Below, in pieces: positions 1-10,011 of a DNA stretch of 62,084 bases (position 1 is its first letter; each line of letters begins with the position of its first letter). Location: positions 1-62,084 of the IMG/VR virus record IMGVR_UViG_3300032267_000768, one strand, 5' to 3'. The stretch comes from a virus (taxonomy: Duplodnaviria > Caudoviricetes). The position numbers were made by a program, and so were the translations under genes. The notes below the pieces were generated by a model, which searched no databases, was not told the DNA's origin, and saw only the letters and a list, made by a program, of their open reading frames with translations.

Positions 1-24
1 ACAATTAATTCCTAATATTCTCAT
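1..24 (-). CDS. 5' end of a probable carbamoyltransferase (NodU/CmcH-like), truncated by the window edge
   Basis: ATG at 24 reads MRILGINC, resembling the MxILGI(N/S) N-terminus of this family. Only 8 codons are visible; it follows a PFIY microprotein. Confidence 0.45.
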
Positions 25-25
25 T

Positions 26-130
26 TTATTTGTAAATGAAAGGATCTTTCTTTTTTAATTCTTTTAAACGTTTACGATATTGTCGTTCTAATCGTATTTT
101 GTTTATTAAAGATTTAAGCCAACCTAACAT
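26..130 (-). CDS. 34-aa basic microprotein (not in ORF track)
   Basis: MLGWLKSLINKIRLERQYRKRLKELKKKDPFIYK*, with an AGGAGA Shine-Dalgarno at 140-135; fills the gap between neighbours exactly. Confidence 0.75.
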   Translation of the reverse strand: MLGWLKSLINKIRLERQYRKRLKELKKKDPFIYK

Positions 131-138
131 ATTATCTC

Positions 139-933
139 CTATTGTTGATTATAAAGTTTTAAAAATTTATCTTTTATTAGTCCCGCAGCATCTGCATGCG
201 CAGCGTCTAATGGATGTGTAGTACCCCGAGGATACTCGTTGAGCAACGACCATTGATTAAATCCCATCTGTCTCTCTCCAAATACTACCCATTTGTTAAA
301 GTCTATTTCATTATATAGACCATTTAGTAATGAATCACTTGCATTTAACGGTTTTAATTCGTCCCAAAATAAACTATTGTCGGCTAGAGTAAACATATAT
401 GGTATTTTTTTCTTTTCTAAAATATTTTGTAACCATATAATATTCTTCCAACTCAGATAGGCTTCGTGGTATTGATTAGCAGCATGACGATAAAGAGCAT
501 CAGCAAAAGGTCCTACTCCAGTACTTTTGGTATTTTCTCTTCGTCTTTTCCATTCTTCCAATTGAGGTTCACTGTTAGATAATGTTTTTTGAACTTCTGC
601 TTGATTATCAGAGGTATCCCATGGAGTTATAGTAGCCCATCTAGTTCCTTCTAACACATTGTGTCTAGGCATAGCCCAATCATAACGAGATAGGAAACTC
701 CACATAGCAGTAACAAAAATATCTTTGTCAGGATTTAAAGAAATATAAGAAAAAAGTTTTCTAGCTATACCAGAATTTCCTATTCCGGCTTTAGCTACAC
801 AAACGTATTCGGCGTTTGTTTCTTTAGCTAATAGAGCTGACCAAGATTTTGAAGATGGTATTTTTCCATTATCATCACTTAATTCGTGTCCAAAAGTAAA
901 GCTGCAACCCCCTGCTAATAATGTTCTATTCAT
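139..933 (-). CDS. SGNH/GDSL-like hydrolase or acyltransferase
   Basis: Block I-like GGCSFTFG, block II-like AGIGN, C-terminal THP..AH. Confidence 0.65.
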   Translation of the reverse strand: MNRTLLAGGCSFTFGHELSDDNGKIPSSKSWSALLAKETNAEYVCVAKAGIGNSGIARKLFSYISLNPDKDIFVTAMWSFLSRYDWAMPRHNVLEGTRWATITPWDTSDNQAEVQKTLSNSEPQLEEWKRRRENTKSTGVGPFADALYRHAANQYHEAYLSWKNIIWLQNILEKKKIPYMFTLADNSLFWDELKPLNASDSLLNGLYNEIDFNKWVVFGERQMGFNQWSLLNEYPRGTTHPLDAAHADAAGLIKDKFLKLYNQQ

Positions 934-2098
934 AAATTTTTAAAAAATTATTTAACTCTGGAAAAATATTAGAAAATTTTTCTTTTCTGTATTCATCTGT
1001 TCTTTTTATTCTTCTTTTTCTTTCTGTGTTTATTTTATCAGAATATCTATCCTCTATATTCATAAAATTAATTATAGATCTATATGGGGGTAAATCTTTA
1101 TATTTTTCTGTTACAATTTTTTTAAGCTCATTAGGCAATGTTTGAATATTAAAACACTCTGGAGCAAACAATGTATTAACATGAAAATATTTTGGATTGT
1201 ATTCTTTTACCCAATTTAATAATTTGTCTAAACTTAAAATGTTAAAAATGTTTATAGTTGAGCATATTTGAAAATCTATGTTACCTGTTTGTGTGGATCT
1301 TATACCAAACTCTTTTAAATTATTTTTAACAATATCCCATTTAGCAGGATGACGCTGATATTCAAATGCTGCTTCTGTATCATCAATACTAAATGCTATT
1401 TCTACATTCTTAAATTGACTCCACATCCAAAATATTTTTATAGGAGGCAGTTGAGTACCATTAGTATTATAATGTATATTTTGATTACGAGCATAACCTT
1501 GCTCCACACAATGTTCTAATATTTTAAAATGATTTTCTATCATAAATGGTTCACCACCTGTAAATTCAAAATATTCTACATCTTTTAGTACAGGTTTAAT
1601 GTCTTCAAAGAAAGCAGGATTACGTTTGGGCCATTGTCCTGAATCTAAATTCTGTTTGGCCACAGGATTAGTACCATAGTCTAATTCTTCCTGAGCCCAT
1701 TTAGAGCTGCTGTAACTGCCGCATATACGACATTTTAGATTACACACATTGCCTAGTTTAAAATCAATAAATTTTAGAGATGGTTTTGATTCAGGAGTCC
1801 ATTCATTTAAACTATTTTTCATTTTGTAATAGCTGTTCATTCTTTTGGATACTTTACCTGCATCTTCTTCTTGCCAACAACTAGTACATCCTTTAGGTCT
1901 TTCACCTCGGCGGAATTGATCTCTCAAATTGTTCATATATTCTGAATCTTGTATGACATCGAGATTATCTTTATATACTTTATAATCTCCTATTTCTCCG
2001 TTGTATAGACAGCAAGGTGATGCAGAACCATTTACATCCACTTCCAACGAAGTCCATGGCAGTACGCACATGTTAGATTTTATATATTTTTCCACCAT
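926..2098 (-). CDS. Radical SAM protein with N-terminal twitch/SPASM-like domain
   Basis: CNLKCRIC (CX3CX2C), FTGGEP, YNTNG; N-terminal CVLPW..PCC..CTSC. Confidence 0.9.
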   Translation of the reverse strand: MVEKYIKSNMCVLPWTSLEVDVNGSASPCCLYNGEIGDYKVYKDNLDVIQDSEYMNNLRDQFRRGERPKGCTSCWQEEDAGKVSKRMNSYYKMKNSLNEWTPESKPSLKFIDFKLGNVCNLKCRICGSYSSSKWAQEELDYGTNPVAKQNLDSGQWPKRNPAFFEDIKPVLKDVEYFEFTGGEPFMIENHFKILEHCVEQGYARNQNIHYNTNGTQLPPIKIFWMWSQFKNVEIAFSIDDTEAAFEYQRHPAKWDIVKNNLKEFGIRSTQTGNIDFQICSTINIFNILSLDKLLNWVKEYNPKYFHVNTLFAPECFNIQTLPNELKKIVTEKYKDLPPYRSIINFMNIEDRYSDKINTERKRRIKRTDEYRKEKFSNIFPELNNFLKIYE

Positions 2099-3384
2099 TC
2101 CAATAATCTTTCATCGGTTAATATTTTTTTAATATCTGTGCCTCGAATAGTATCAATTTGTTCACATCTAGTTTTACCACTGCGAATGCCTATTTCCGCT
2201 TTGGGATATTCTTCCCAAAATGTAGCACGAGTTTTCATATTCTCTAGAACATCTATTAAACTCTGTTGTAGAGGAGTTGCTCGTGGTCGAATATAAGCTA
2301 GATTTTCATCTATAATTTCATTTAATAGTGTTTTTGGCAGACACATTGGTGACATTATCTGCTGAGAATCAAATGCAAATGTAACTTTGGTTAAAAGTTT
2401 AGCATTCAATTGTTGAGATAGATCAAACATATTACGAATTTCTTGTAAACCAGGCATTGTAATTGTAAAGTCTAACTGCATCTGTCTTTTATTACGAGCT
2501 ACAGCTAATCCTTCTCGAAAGTTATCTAAGAATTTTTTGTAGTTTAATCCTGTTCTAATGTACTCTCCAATCTCTCCTGTACCATCAATGGAAGCACACA
2601 CTTGCCAATCGCGGAATTGTCGTAATAATTCAAAGAGTTTTTTACCTTTAAATTCCGTACGACTTAAATTGGTATTATATCTTACATAAACCCTATCGCT
2701 AAATTTTAAATCAATAATTCTAGCCATGGCATCCCAATGTATATCCCACATTAAGGGTTCTCCACCTACCCAATAAATCTCTTCCATACGTTTTTCTTCT
2801 ATAGCATTCATAAATTCCATAACCACTGTGCTGTCTTGAAAGAGAGAAATTTGTTGTCTTAGTGGTGATGCCATCCATGGTTGACGTTCTGGTGACCACA
2901 TGTCATGGTTTCTTTGTTCTGATTCCCAACTAGAGCTCAGCATATCTCCGCATTGACGACATTTAAAATTACAAAGATTATTGAAACGATAATCAAAACT
3001 TACAGTTTTCATCTCTGTATAACCTGTATCATCAGTCTTAGCAAAAGCATCATCTATCTTGTGACGGAAAAGATTGTTAAAATAATCTCTATAAACATCA
3101 GTATTGAGCAATTTATCATTGCATACTTGACATTCTGGTAGAATTTCTCCAGCCATCATTCTTTTTCGTACACTCCGCATATGCTCATTGTTCCAATGCT
3201 GTTCTAGTGTTTCAGGATTATATTCTTTTAAATCACCTTCTCTGTCGATATATTGACGAAAACTTTGAGCTGGTTCTCTAGAAGCACAACACATTCTTCT
3301 CTCTGTTTGTGGAGAGAGATAGGTATGCGTCCACGGAGCCATACAAAATGCTTGGTTGCCTTCTACAGGTTTAATTTTTTTCAT
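2080..3384 (-). CDS. Radical SAM protein with N-terminal twitch-like domain
   Basis: CNFKCRQC, VGGEP, YNTN; N-terminal CMAPW..MCC..CQVC. Confidence 0.9.
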   Translation of the reverse strand: MKKIKPVEGNQAFCMAPWTHTYLSPQTERRMCCASREPAQSFRQYIDREGDLKEYNPETLEQHWNNEHMRSVRKRMMAGEILPECQVCNDKLLNTDVYRDYFNNLFRHKIDDAFAKTDDTGYTEMKTVSFDYRFNNLCNFKCRQCGDMLSSSWESEQRNHDMWSPERQPWMASPLRQQISLFQDSTVVMEFMNAIEEKRMEEIYWVGGEPLMWDIHWDAMARIIDLKFSDRVYVRYNTNLSRTEFKGKKLFELLRQFRDWQVCASIDGTGEIGEYIRTGLNYKKFLDNFREGLAVARNKRQMQLDFTITMPGLQEIRNMFDLSQQLNAKLLTKVTFAFDSQQIMSPMCLPKTLLNEIIDENLAYIRPRATPLQQSLIDVLENMKTRATFWEEYPKAEIGIRSGKTRCEQIDTIRGTDIKKILTDERLLEWWKNI

Positions 3385-4663
3385 ATTTTTCGAATAATTC
3401 TTTTAATTCCGGAAATACTTCTAGAGTATTTTCTTGTCTAATATTGTCATATTTTCTAGTCATTTGAAAAAATTCAGGCAAATTTTTTATATTATCTTTC
3501 ATCCACATCCAATTAAGAGCACTTTCATATCCTTTAGTTGCTCGTGTTAAAGGATCTTTATCTTTAAGCCATTCTATGTGTGTTTTGTATTTCTTATCCA
3601 CTTGTTCTTTATATTCTTGTGGTAGATTGTCCATTCTTTGGGCTTTGGGCCATTGTAACAAATTAAAATTAAAATCCATGGGTTTTATTAATCCTTGATC
3701 TGCCCATGATCTATGAAAATCTACCACGTGAAGAGCATTAATCAATCCTACAGTAGCACTGATATAAAAATCTACTTTAGGACAAATTTCTATCATTCTT
3801 TTTCTATTTTCTATTATATCTTTCCACACAGTGCCTTTTCTCATGAGTTCTGCTCTTGCACCTTCTGCGTCTAAACTCGCCCCTACAGATACTGTGTCAA
3901 ATTTGTTCCATAACTCTAACACATCCATATCTTTAAAAGTTAATTTACTAAAATTAGTGTTGTACACCAATCTCACGTGATACATCTTCCTACGATCTAA
4001 TTCTTTTAATATTCTGTAATGTTCTTCCATTATTAATGGTTCCCCACCTGCAAAATAGAACTGTTCCACGTGATCAAACTGTGTCAACATCTGTTCCCAC
4101 ATATCGTCTGATGTTCTACCTACTTTTAATATTTTTGCATGAGGAGGAGGAGATCCTGTAAGTTTTTTATGATCTTCATACCAATTGGAACTGAACCACG
4201 TGCCACAACTCCTGCAGGCAAAATTACAAAGATTACTAAATCTTATATCCCAATATTTGATTACGAAATCAGCAGTGCCATCTGGTTGTGTAGCATCTGT
4301 TAATCCTATATTATGCCCGAAATGTTTGTTAGAACTTAATCTTAAACTAAAAAATCCTGCTTTTTCTTGGTCATAACATTTGCCACATTCTTTGCAAGGT
4401 TTATTCTCCAGCATGTTCAAACGCATCTGTTTCATTTTGCCACCATTGAACACATCTTCTAGAGATTCTTTGTTTAGATCTCCTACAGGATAAGCATCAA
4501 ATGCAAAACAGCAAGGATAGGCTCGGCCGTCTGGATAAGCGTGTAGATGCATCCACGGCAACATACAGAATGTATCGCTCTTTAGCAATAATTCTTTTTG
4601 ACGTTCAGTCATATTTTTAATCTTTAATTTTTCGGGCTCTTTAGCCCCATACTCATAAGCCAC
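3371..4663 (-). CDS. Radical SAM protein with N-terminal twitch-like domain
   Basis: CNFACRSC, AGGEP, YNTN; N-terminal CMLPW..PCC..CGKC. Confidence 0.9.
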   Translation of the reverse strand: MAYEYGAKEPEKLKIKNMTERQKELLLKSDTFCMLPWMHLHAYPDGRAYPCCFAFDAYPVGDLNKESLEDVFNGGKMKQMRLNMLENKPCKECGKCYDQEKAGFFSLRLSSNKHFGHNIGLTDATQPDGTADFVIKYWDIRFSNLCNFACRSCGTWFSSNWYEDHKKLTGSPPPHAKILKVGRTSDDMWEQMLTQFDHVEQFYFAGGEPLIMEEHYRILKELDRRKMYHVRLVYNTNFSKLTFKDMDVLELWNKFDTVSVGASLDAEGARAELMRKGTVWKDIIENRKRMIEICPKVDFYISATVGLINALHVVDFHRSWADQGLIKPMDFNFNLLQWPKAQRMDNLPQEYKEQVDKKYKTHIEWLKDKDPLTRATKGYESALNWMWMKDNIKNLPEFFQMTRKYDNIRQENTLEVFPELKELFEKYEKN

Positions 4664-6002
4664 GGTACCACTCTCCTATTCTTGTAAATGTTTTTGCAAA
4701 ATCTTTGCCTCGTCTCTCATCATATTGTTTATAGAAATTTTTAAAGTCAAACCTTAATCTTGGTAAATCGAATGCCTCAGAATGCGGTGTTTTAACCACA
4801 TCTAGATAATCTATCAATCTTTGCACGTGTGCTATTTCCATAAACTCGCAATGATCTATATTTTTATCCAACCATTGAGATAAGTTGTCTTTAAATTCTG
4901 TTCTTAAATAGTCTGGCAATACTAGGGGAGATTGGAAGCTGGGAAATCTCAATATGTTTAAAGTAAAGTTTACATCTACTCCATAAACTCTTTTAGCGTC
5001 TAATTTATTTCTCACAATAACATCTAGAAACTGAGGCAATGATTCTAGACATAGAGCATTTATGGTACACATGTTGTGCAATCCTGCAGGTTTTATTTGA
5101 TTAATTACATTAACAAAATTTACATACCAACGAGTATAATCTATACCATCTCGAATATAATCTGAGTGAGCATACGTTGATTCATTAGAAGTATAGATAT
5201 GTAGATTTTTTATTTTTTTACATTTATCTATAAATTTTTCAAATAATTCTGCCTTGGGTACTAGGTTAGAGTTAATAGCCAATCTCATATTAGGATTAAT
5301 TCGTTCTCCCTGTGTTTCAAACCAATCTAATAGTCTCCATAAAGATGGTGACATCATGGGTTCTCCGCCTGTAATTCGTAACTCATCTAATGTTTTATGT
5401 AAATCAGAATCCCACCATTTAAAAAATGCTTCTACATAAGGATTAGTTTCTTCTAATTTGTATAATTGAGTACCATCGTGTGAATGTGTAAAATGATTTC
5501 TACCATCTGATATTAAATTTTTATAAGGACCATGCTGTTTTATATCTTTTGCCCAAGTGGTACTAAATGCAGGGTTACAATAGGAACAAGCAAAATTACA
5601 TGTTCTATCGAAAGCAATCTCTAGAGTTTTAAGATCAACATCTTCAGTGATAGGAGTATTGAATGCCCGTTCTAGATCTGCATCCGAATAAATTTTACTT
5701 TTATAAACTCTATCACTCACAGCATCTCTGCCCATGTCTTCTATCTTCCAGCAATATTCACAACCTGCAGGTCTTTCACCAGCAATCATTTTAGCACGAT
5801 CCTGTTTCTTTTGAGGAGTGTTATGTAATAATCGAGGATTATCTTTTAATTTTTTTGCATCCACTTGATGTGCAGGTGGATGATGACAACTGGTACTCAT
5901 GCCAGAGCCTAACCATATAGTAGCATTGTACCATTTGGCTCCACAGAAACTGGGAGATAGAGAGTCTAATACTTGTTTACGATATTCTAGGTCTTTATTC
6001 AT
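4653..6002 (-). CDS. Radical SAM protein with N-terminal twitch-like domain
   Basis: CNFACSYC, TGGEP; N-terminal CGAKW..SCHHP..CEYC. Confidence 0.9.
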   Translation of the reverse strand: MNKDLEYRKQVLDSLSPSFCGAKWYNATIWLGSGMSTSCHHPPAHQVDAKKLKDNPRLLHNTPQKKQDRAKMIAGERPAGCEYCWKIEDMGRDAVSDRVYKSKIYSDADLERAFNTPITEDVDLKTLEIAFDRTCNFACSYCNPAFSTTWAKDIKQHGPYKNLISDGRNHFTHSHDGTQLYKLEETNPYVEAFFKWWDSDLHKTLDELRITGGEPMMSPSLWRLLDWFETQGERINPNMRLAINSNLVPKAELFEKFIDKCKKIKNLHIYTSNESTYAHSDYIRDGIDYTRWYVNFVNVINQIKPAGLHNMCTINALCLESLPQFLDVIVRNKLDAKRVYGVDVNFTLNILRFPSFQSPLVLPDYLRTEFKDNLSQWLDKNIDHCEFMEIAHVQRLIDYLDVVKTPHSEAFDLPRLRFDFKNFYKQYDERRGKDFAKTFTRIGEWYRGL

Positions 6003-6630
6003 TGTTTTTAATTATTGTATAAACCTTATCAGCCCAAAGTTTATTTTGTTCCTTGTTCATGTGATTGATTATACCTTTACCCCAAGGCATAGTGGCTCCT
6101 CCAGCTGGAGCGTGTTCAGTTAACGATGAAGCATATAAACTCTCATCTATGAATATACCACTCTTTAATTTTATACCAGCATCCTTGCCTGCTGTTTCAA
6201 ACGGTCTGAAACTCCACATCTGTACAATTGTTTTATTTTTTGTTTTAGATAATATGTCATGGTCAAACCATTTAACAGCATATTCATATGACAGCTCATC
6301 TTTGTCATAATTGTGTAGATGTATCCAATACTGTTCAAGAGCTTCATAAATTTTAGTATCTACTCCTTCTACTGGGTCGGTGTTAGCAGATAATATTACA
6401 GATGGATGATACAATCTATAAGGTTCTGTATAACATAAAACACAGATGTCAGGTAATTTATTTGCTTTGTTTAGTTGATTAAATTTAAAAAAAATACTCC
6501 ATATGCTTCTACCAGGTTCTCCCCAATGAGTTATTTGAGCATTCAGTTGATCGGCTAATAATACACACCAACTCTCAGGTTCTCTTCCGGCACAAAAACT
6601 ATCTCCAAAAAATCCTATAGTTTTTCTCAT
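5995..6630 (-). CDS. SGNH/GDSL-like protein
   Basis: FFGDSF block I, GEPGRS, C-terminal NH; overlaps both neighbours as in an operon. Confidence 0.6.
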   Translation of the reverse strand: MRKTIGFFGDSFCAGREPESWCVLLADQLNAQITHWGEPGRSIWSIFFKFNQLNKANKLPDICVLCYTEPYRLYHPSVILSANTDPVEGVDTKIYEALEQYWIHLHNYDKDELSYEYAVKWFDHDILSKTKNKTIVQMWSFRPFETAGKDAGIKLKSGIFIDESLYASSLTEHAPAGGATMPWGKGIINHMNKEQNKLWADKVYTIIKNNE

Positions 6631-8021
6631 AGATTTTTACACTCCTGCCAAAATTCCTGCATCTCAGGAAAGGTTTGTTCAAAACTTGTGCCACGTCTGC
6701 GATCATGTTCTGCAAAAAATGCGTAAAAATTCTTTTTTTGCGTAGTATCTTGTTCTGCGTGCTTGCGCCAGTAAGCAAGATTGCGCTGCATCTTTTGTAT
6801 CTCAAAGTCTTTAAACAATGAGAAATCCAATCTAGTTTCTGTCGCTTGTTTAGGACCAATCTGCTCTTGATGTTCCATCATCCATTTGATGTTGTCTTCA
6901 TGTATGCGCTGATATGATTCTGGCAGTAGAGTAATCTGTTGCCACAAGGGTTGACGCAACAGAGGAATATCAAACCACACTCGCTGATAGGTTTTTGAAT
7001 GTTCTGATCTTAATAAACGTATATCCTTGAGTAATCTATCCAGTGAAGTAACACTTAAATTATTATAGGTAATAATAAATGTGACAGAATTACGCACAGG
7101 TATGCTGTGTAGGAATTCATTCACGTTGTCCATAAATTGATTATAATTCAATCCGTTCCTTATGTATTCTGCTGGTGCTCCATGAGCATCTACAGATACA
7201 AATTGCATGAAATGTTCCACTTTTTCATCTAGACATATCCTTTTGACTTGATCAAAATACTTGTTTTTTAATTTAACATCTGGAGGACACATATTAGATG
7301 TAACATTCAAATGCAAATCTTTTTTAGGATGATTTATAATGTAGTCAAACACTCGATAGGTATTCACATCCATCATGGGTTCTCCACCAGTCATGCGGAA
7401 ATGTTTTAAATTTTTATATAATTCTGGCCACCAACGCCAAAATGCTTCCACATAAAGATTGGGTTCTCTGTTGAGTATGGGTTTTCTTCTGCCTGTAAAA
7501 TGTTCGGGTGCATTATGTGCTGGAGCAGTAGGGTACGCTCCATGTATTTCTATTTCTTTACCCCATGCTGTGGAGAATTGTGGTGAACAATAGCTGCATT
7601 TAAAATTACAAGCATTATTAAAGTTCACTTCCACATAACGAGGCACATGAGTTCTATCTAAAGGATTGTCTCGAATCTTTTCAAAGTCCATCATGGCCCA
7701 GGGCTCACCAGAACGATAGTGGCGATCACTCATCTCGCCTGTGTCTTCCATTTTCCAGCAATAGGAACAGCCTACAGGTCGTTCTCCTGCCAGCATTTGT
7801 TGTCTTTGTTTAATCTTTTCTTCTGTGTTGTGCAGTGCTGCTGGATTGTCTGCTAGACTATCAGCATCTATTTCGTGCAATGGAGGATGATAACAAGAAT
7901 TTGTGAGTCCTGTAGGCAGATGCAAGGATACTTGATTCCATTTAGCTAGACACATGGTAGGACTTATTCTTTCTAATTCTTTTTTTGCTTCATCTGCTGA
8001 TGCTTTATAAACACTACTCAC
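6627..8021 (-). CDS. Radical SAM protein with N-terminal twitch-like domain (paralogue of 4653-6002)
   Basis: CNFKCSYC, TGGEP; CLAKW..SCYHP..CSYC. Start revised to GTG 8021 (AGGAG upstream), giving 464 aa. Confidence 0.88.
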   Translation of the reverse strand: MSSVYKASADEAKKELERISPTMCLAKWNQVSLHLPTGLTNSCYHPPLHEIDADSLADNPAALHNTEEKIKQRQQMLAGERPVGCSYCWKMEDTGEMSDRHYRSGEPWAMMDFEKIRDNPLDRTHVPRYVEVNFNNACNFKCSYCSPQFSTAWGKEIEIHGAYPTAPAHNAPEHFTGRRKPILNREPNLYVEAFWRWWPELYKNLKHFRMTGGEPMMDVNTYRVFDYIINHPKKDLHLNVTSNMCPPDVKLKNKYFDQVKRICLDEKVEHFMQFVSVDAHGAPAEYIRNGLNYNQFMDNVNEFLHSIPVRNSVTFIITYNNLSVTSLDRLLKDIRLLRSEHSKTYQRVWFDIPLLRQPLWQQITLLPESYQRIHEDNIKWMMEHQEQIGPKQATETRLDFSLFKDFEIQKMQRNLAYWRKHAEQDTTQKKNFYAFFAEHDRRRGTSFEQTFPEMQEFWQECKNL

Positions 8022-8904
8022 GATCTTGTACTCCTTTATTTCTATGTGGTGTTTGACAGAATTTGTAAAAGCGACTCTGTTCTGCATCTAGATCTGCCAC
8101 AGGCAATCCCAATCTCTGTCTCAGACTGTTTCCATATGACTGCATGTCTGATTCTATATCCATCATCATTCTAGAAAATTTATTACTCATAAATTCTAAA
8201 TCGCTGACCAGTGTGACATCATAGTTTGAGTCTAGCGTGGCCATATAACAGCCACAACGAGCACCCAATATCGCCCATTTACCATTGTCTGCATCAGCAC
8301 CCACACTCATCCATGTGAGTAAGGTTCTTAAATTAATTGGTTGTATAGTTTGCATGAACTCTTCTGGTTTTACTTTTTTTCCTTTATCTAAACTCATTTT
8401 AACACCTTCTCTGTATCCAGCAATAAAAGCCTGCTCAGGAGTGTGATTAATCATTGTAGTGGAATAAACATTGTGTAAATTTTCATGTGGCACAGTCCAA
8501 CAAAAGTCTATTTTGGCTTGTTCATCTTCTGCATTCTCATGTGTTTTCATTTCTAGACAAGTGTTTTTTGGCCAACCTACAATACCTCCATTGCCATATA
8601 TCAATCCATTAATACTGTTCTTTGCTCTCCATCGATGCACAGCCTTAGGATTAGTTTTAGTCCAGTCTAGAGTTTGTAATAGGAAAGCAGGATCTATTCT
8701 ATTGTCTCCATCAATACTAATAAAGAAATCTGTTTCAGACTTTTCAGCAGCAGCCTTGTGTGCATTGTCAAATCCTCGAACACCATGCACTCGTTTTGCC
8801 CATGGCACTATGTTTAATAGATCAGCATAGTTCTCATCAGCATTGGGTTCGCGATAGCTAATGAAAACAAAATCTAAATCACTTATTCGGACGGTATTTG
8901 CCAT
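8014..8904 (-). CDS. GT-A fold glycosyltransferase-like protein
   Basis: FVFISYREP N-terminus, DxD motif IDGDN; start revised to ATG 8904. Confidence 0.65.
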   Translation of the reverse strand: MANTVRISDLDFVFISYREPNADENYADLLNIVPWAKRVHGVRGFDNAHKAAAEKSETDFFISIDGDNRIDPAFLLQTLDWTKTNPKAVHRWRAKNSINGLIYGNGGIVGWPKNTCLEMKTHENAEDEQAKIDFCWTVPHENLHNVYSTTMINHTPEQAFIAGYREGVKMSLDKGKKVKPEEFMQTIQPINLRTLLTWMSVGADADNGKWAILGARCGCYMATLDSNYDVTLVSDLEFMSNKFSRMMMDIESDMQSYGNSLRQRLGLPVADLDAEQSRFYKFCQTPHRNKGVQDRE

Positions 8905-9221
8905 GTGTACCCTTCTTCCACTATTCCTGTAGGCCAATAAGGATCGTTATCTTGTAGATCATATCCTCGAACAGCTTTGCCTAACATAGGAAATACTCTG
9001 TGAGTTCTTTTTTTAGGTTTCTTTTCAATAGAACCATTGTAGATAAAATTATTAATACCATTGTCTAACAAAAACTTATAATTTTCCTGTGTAATTTTTA
9101 CAGTGTTATTATTTGCTTCTCTGCACAGAGACACAATCTCTGTATTAACAACTTCTATATAGAAGTTATCGTCCGGCGGAGAAGGTTTAAAATCGTTTAA
9201 TGCTTTAAAAAATTCTGTCAT
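8883..9221 (-). CDS. Hypothetical protein
   Basis: 112-aa ORF overlapping both neighbours in the operon. Confidence 0.7.
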   Translation of the reverse strand: MTEFFKALNDFKPSPPDDNFYIEVVNTEIVSLCREANNNTVKITQENYKFLLDNGINNFIYNGSIEKKPKKRTHRVFPMLGKAVRGYDLQDNDPYWPTGIVEEGYTWQIPSE

Positions 9222-10011
9222 TTAAGATATCTATCATTTTTTTATTGTGGTAGTGCCAAATACGGTTTAGTCTACGTCCACCCACGTATATTCTATCATC
9301 TATTGATATGGGATTGAGATAATTGTATTGGTCCGCTGCATTTTCTACAGCATTTATTTCAGGTTTGCCGTGTATAAACTTAAACCATGGATAGTCTATC
9401 AGATGCAGTTGTAATGGATCCATGATTCTATAAGCTAGTGCATACACTATGTCTGTAGAAGGATACTGCTCATGACAATTTATTAACAACTCATTTTTTA
9501 CCTGTGTCCAATTCTCAGTTATATCTCTGCAAATTTTAAAAAACTGCATAGCTCTTTCGCTGTGTCTAAAATAGGTCAATCCATTATATACATCTGGTAG
9601 ATTATTTTGATAAAATAATTTTCTATAGGGTGTTTTTTTGATCACATTGTCTTGATAATTTCTACAATTTACAGCAAACACAAGATCATGCTGACCTAAA
9701 TAATTCCACCACCAATCTGTGTCAGCAGTAAACAGCATGTCTGCTTCTAATTTTATAGTATGCGTAAATGGTGATAGTTTAAATGCTTTATATTCATTAG
9801 CGAATTTTAATAATTGATTTTCGCTGTGATCCTGTTTCAAAACGATTACCGTGTCCACATGTTCACTCTGTATTTTTGTATGCTCGTCCACGACCACGCA
9901 CACAGAATTAATCTTGCAATGCGCCTTGATGGATTTGGCCAATGCGATACTCAATGCAGCATAGTCAGTGGTGTCGTTGTTCTGTGCAAACCAAAGAAAC
10001 CCTTTAGACAT
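9205..10011 (-). CDS. Glycosyltransferase-like protein (GT8-like)
   Basis: SPFTHTIKLEADML, YNGLTYF. Start revised to ATG 10011 (AAGGAG upstream). Paralogue of the next gene. Confidence 0.65.
   Translation of the reverse strand: MSKGFLWFAQNNDTTDYAALSIALAKSIKAHCKINSVCVVVDEHTKIQSEHVDTVIVLKQDHSENQLLKFANEYKAFKLSPFTHTIKLEADMLFTADTDWWWNYLGQHDLVFAVNCRNYQDNVIKKTPYRKLFYQNNLPDVYNGLTYFRHSERAMQFFKICRDITENWTQVKNELLINCHEQYPSTDIVYALAYRIMDPLQLHLIDYPWFKFIHGKPEINAVENAADQYNYLNPISIDDRIYVGGRRLNRIWHYHNKKMIDILNDRIF

Noticed and set aside
26-130. RiPP precursor for the rSAM array
   Set aside because: No Cys or clear leader/core split, and no peptidase, transporter or RRE domain seen; the glycan-tailoring context fits better. 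Not fully excluded.
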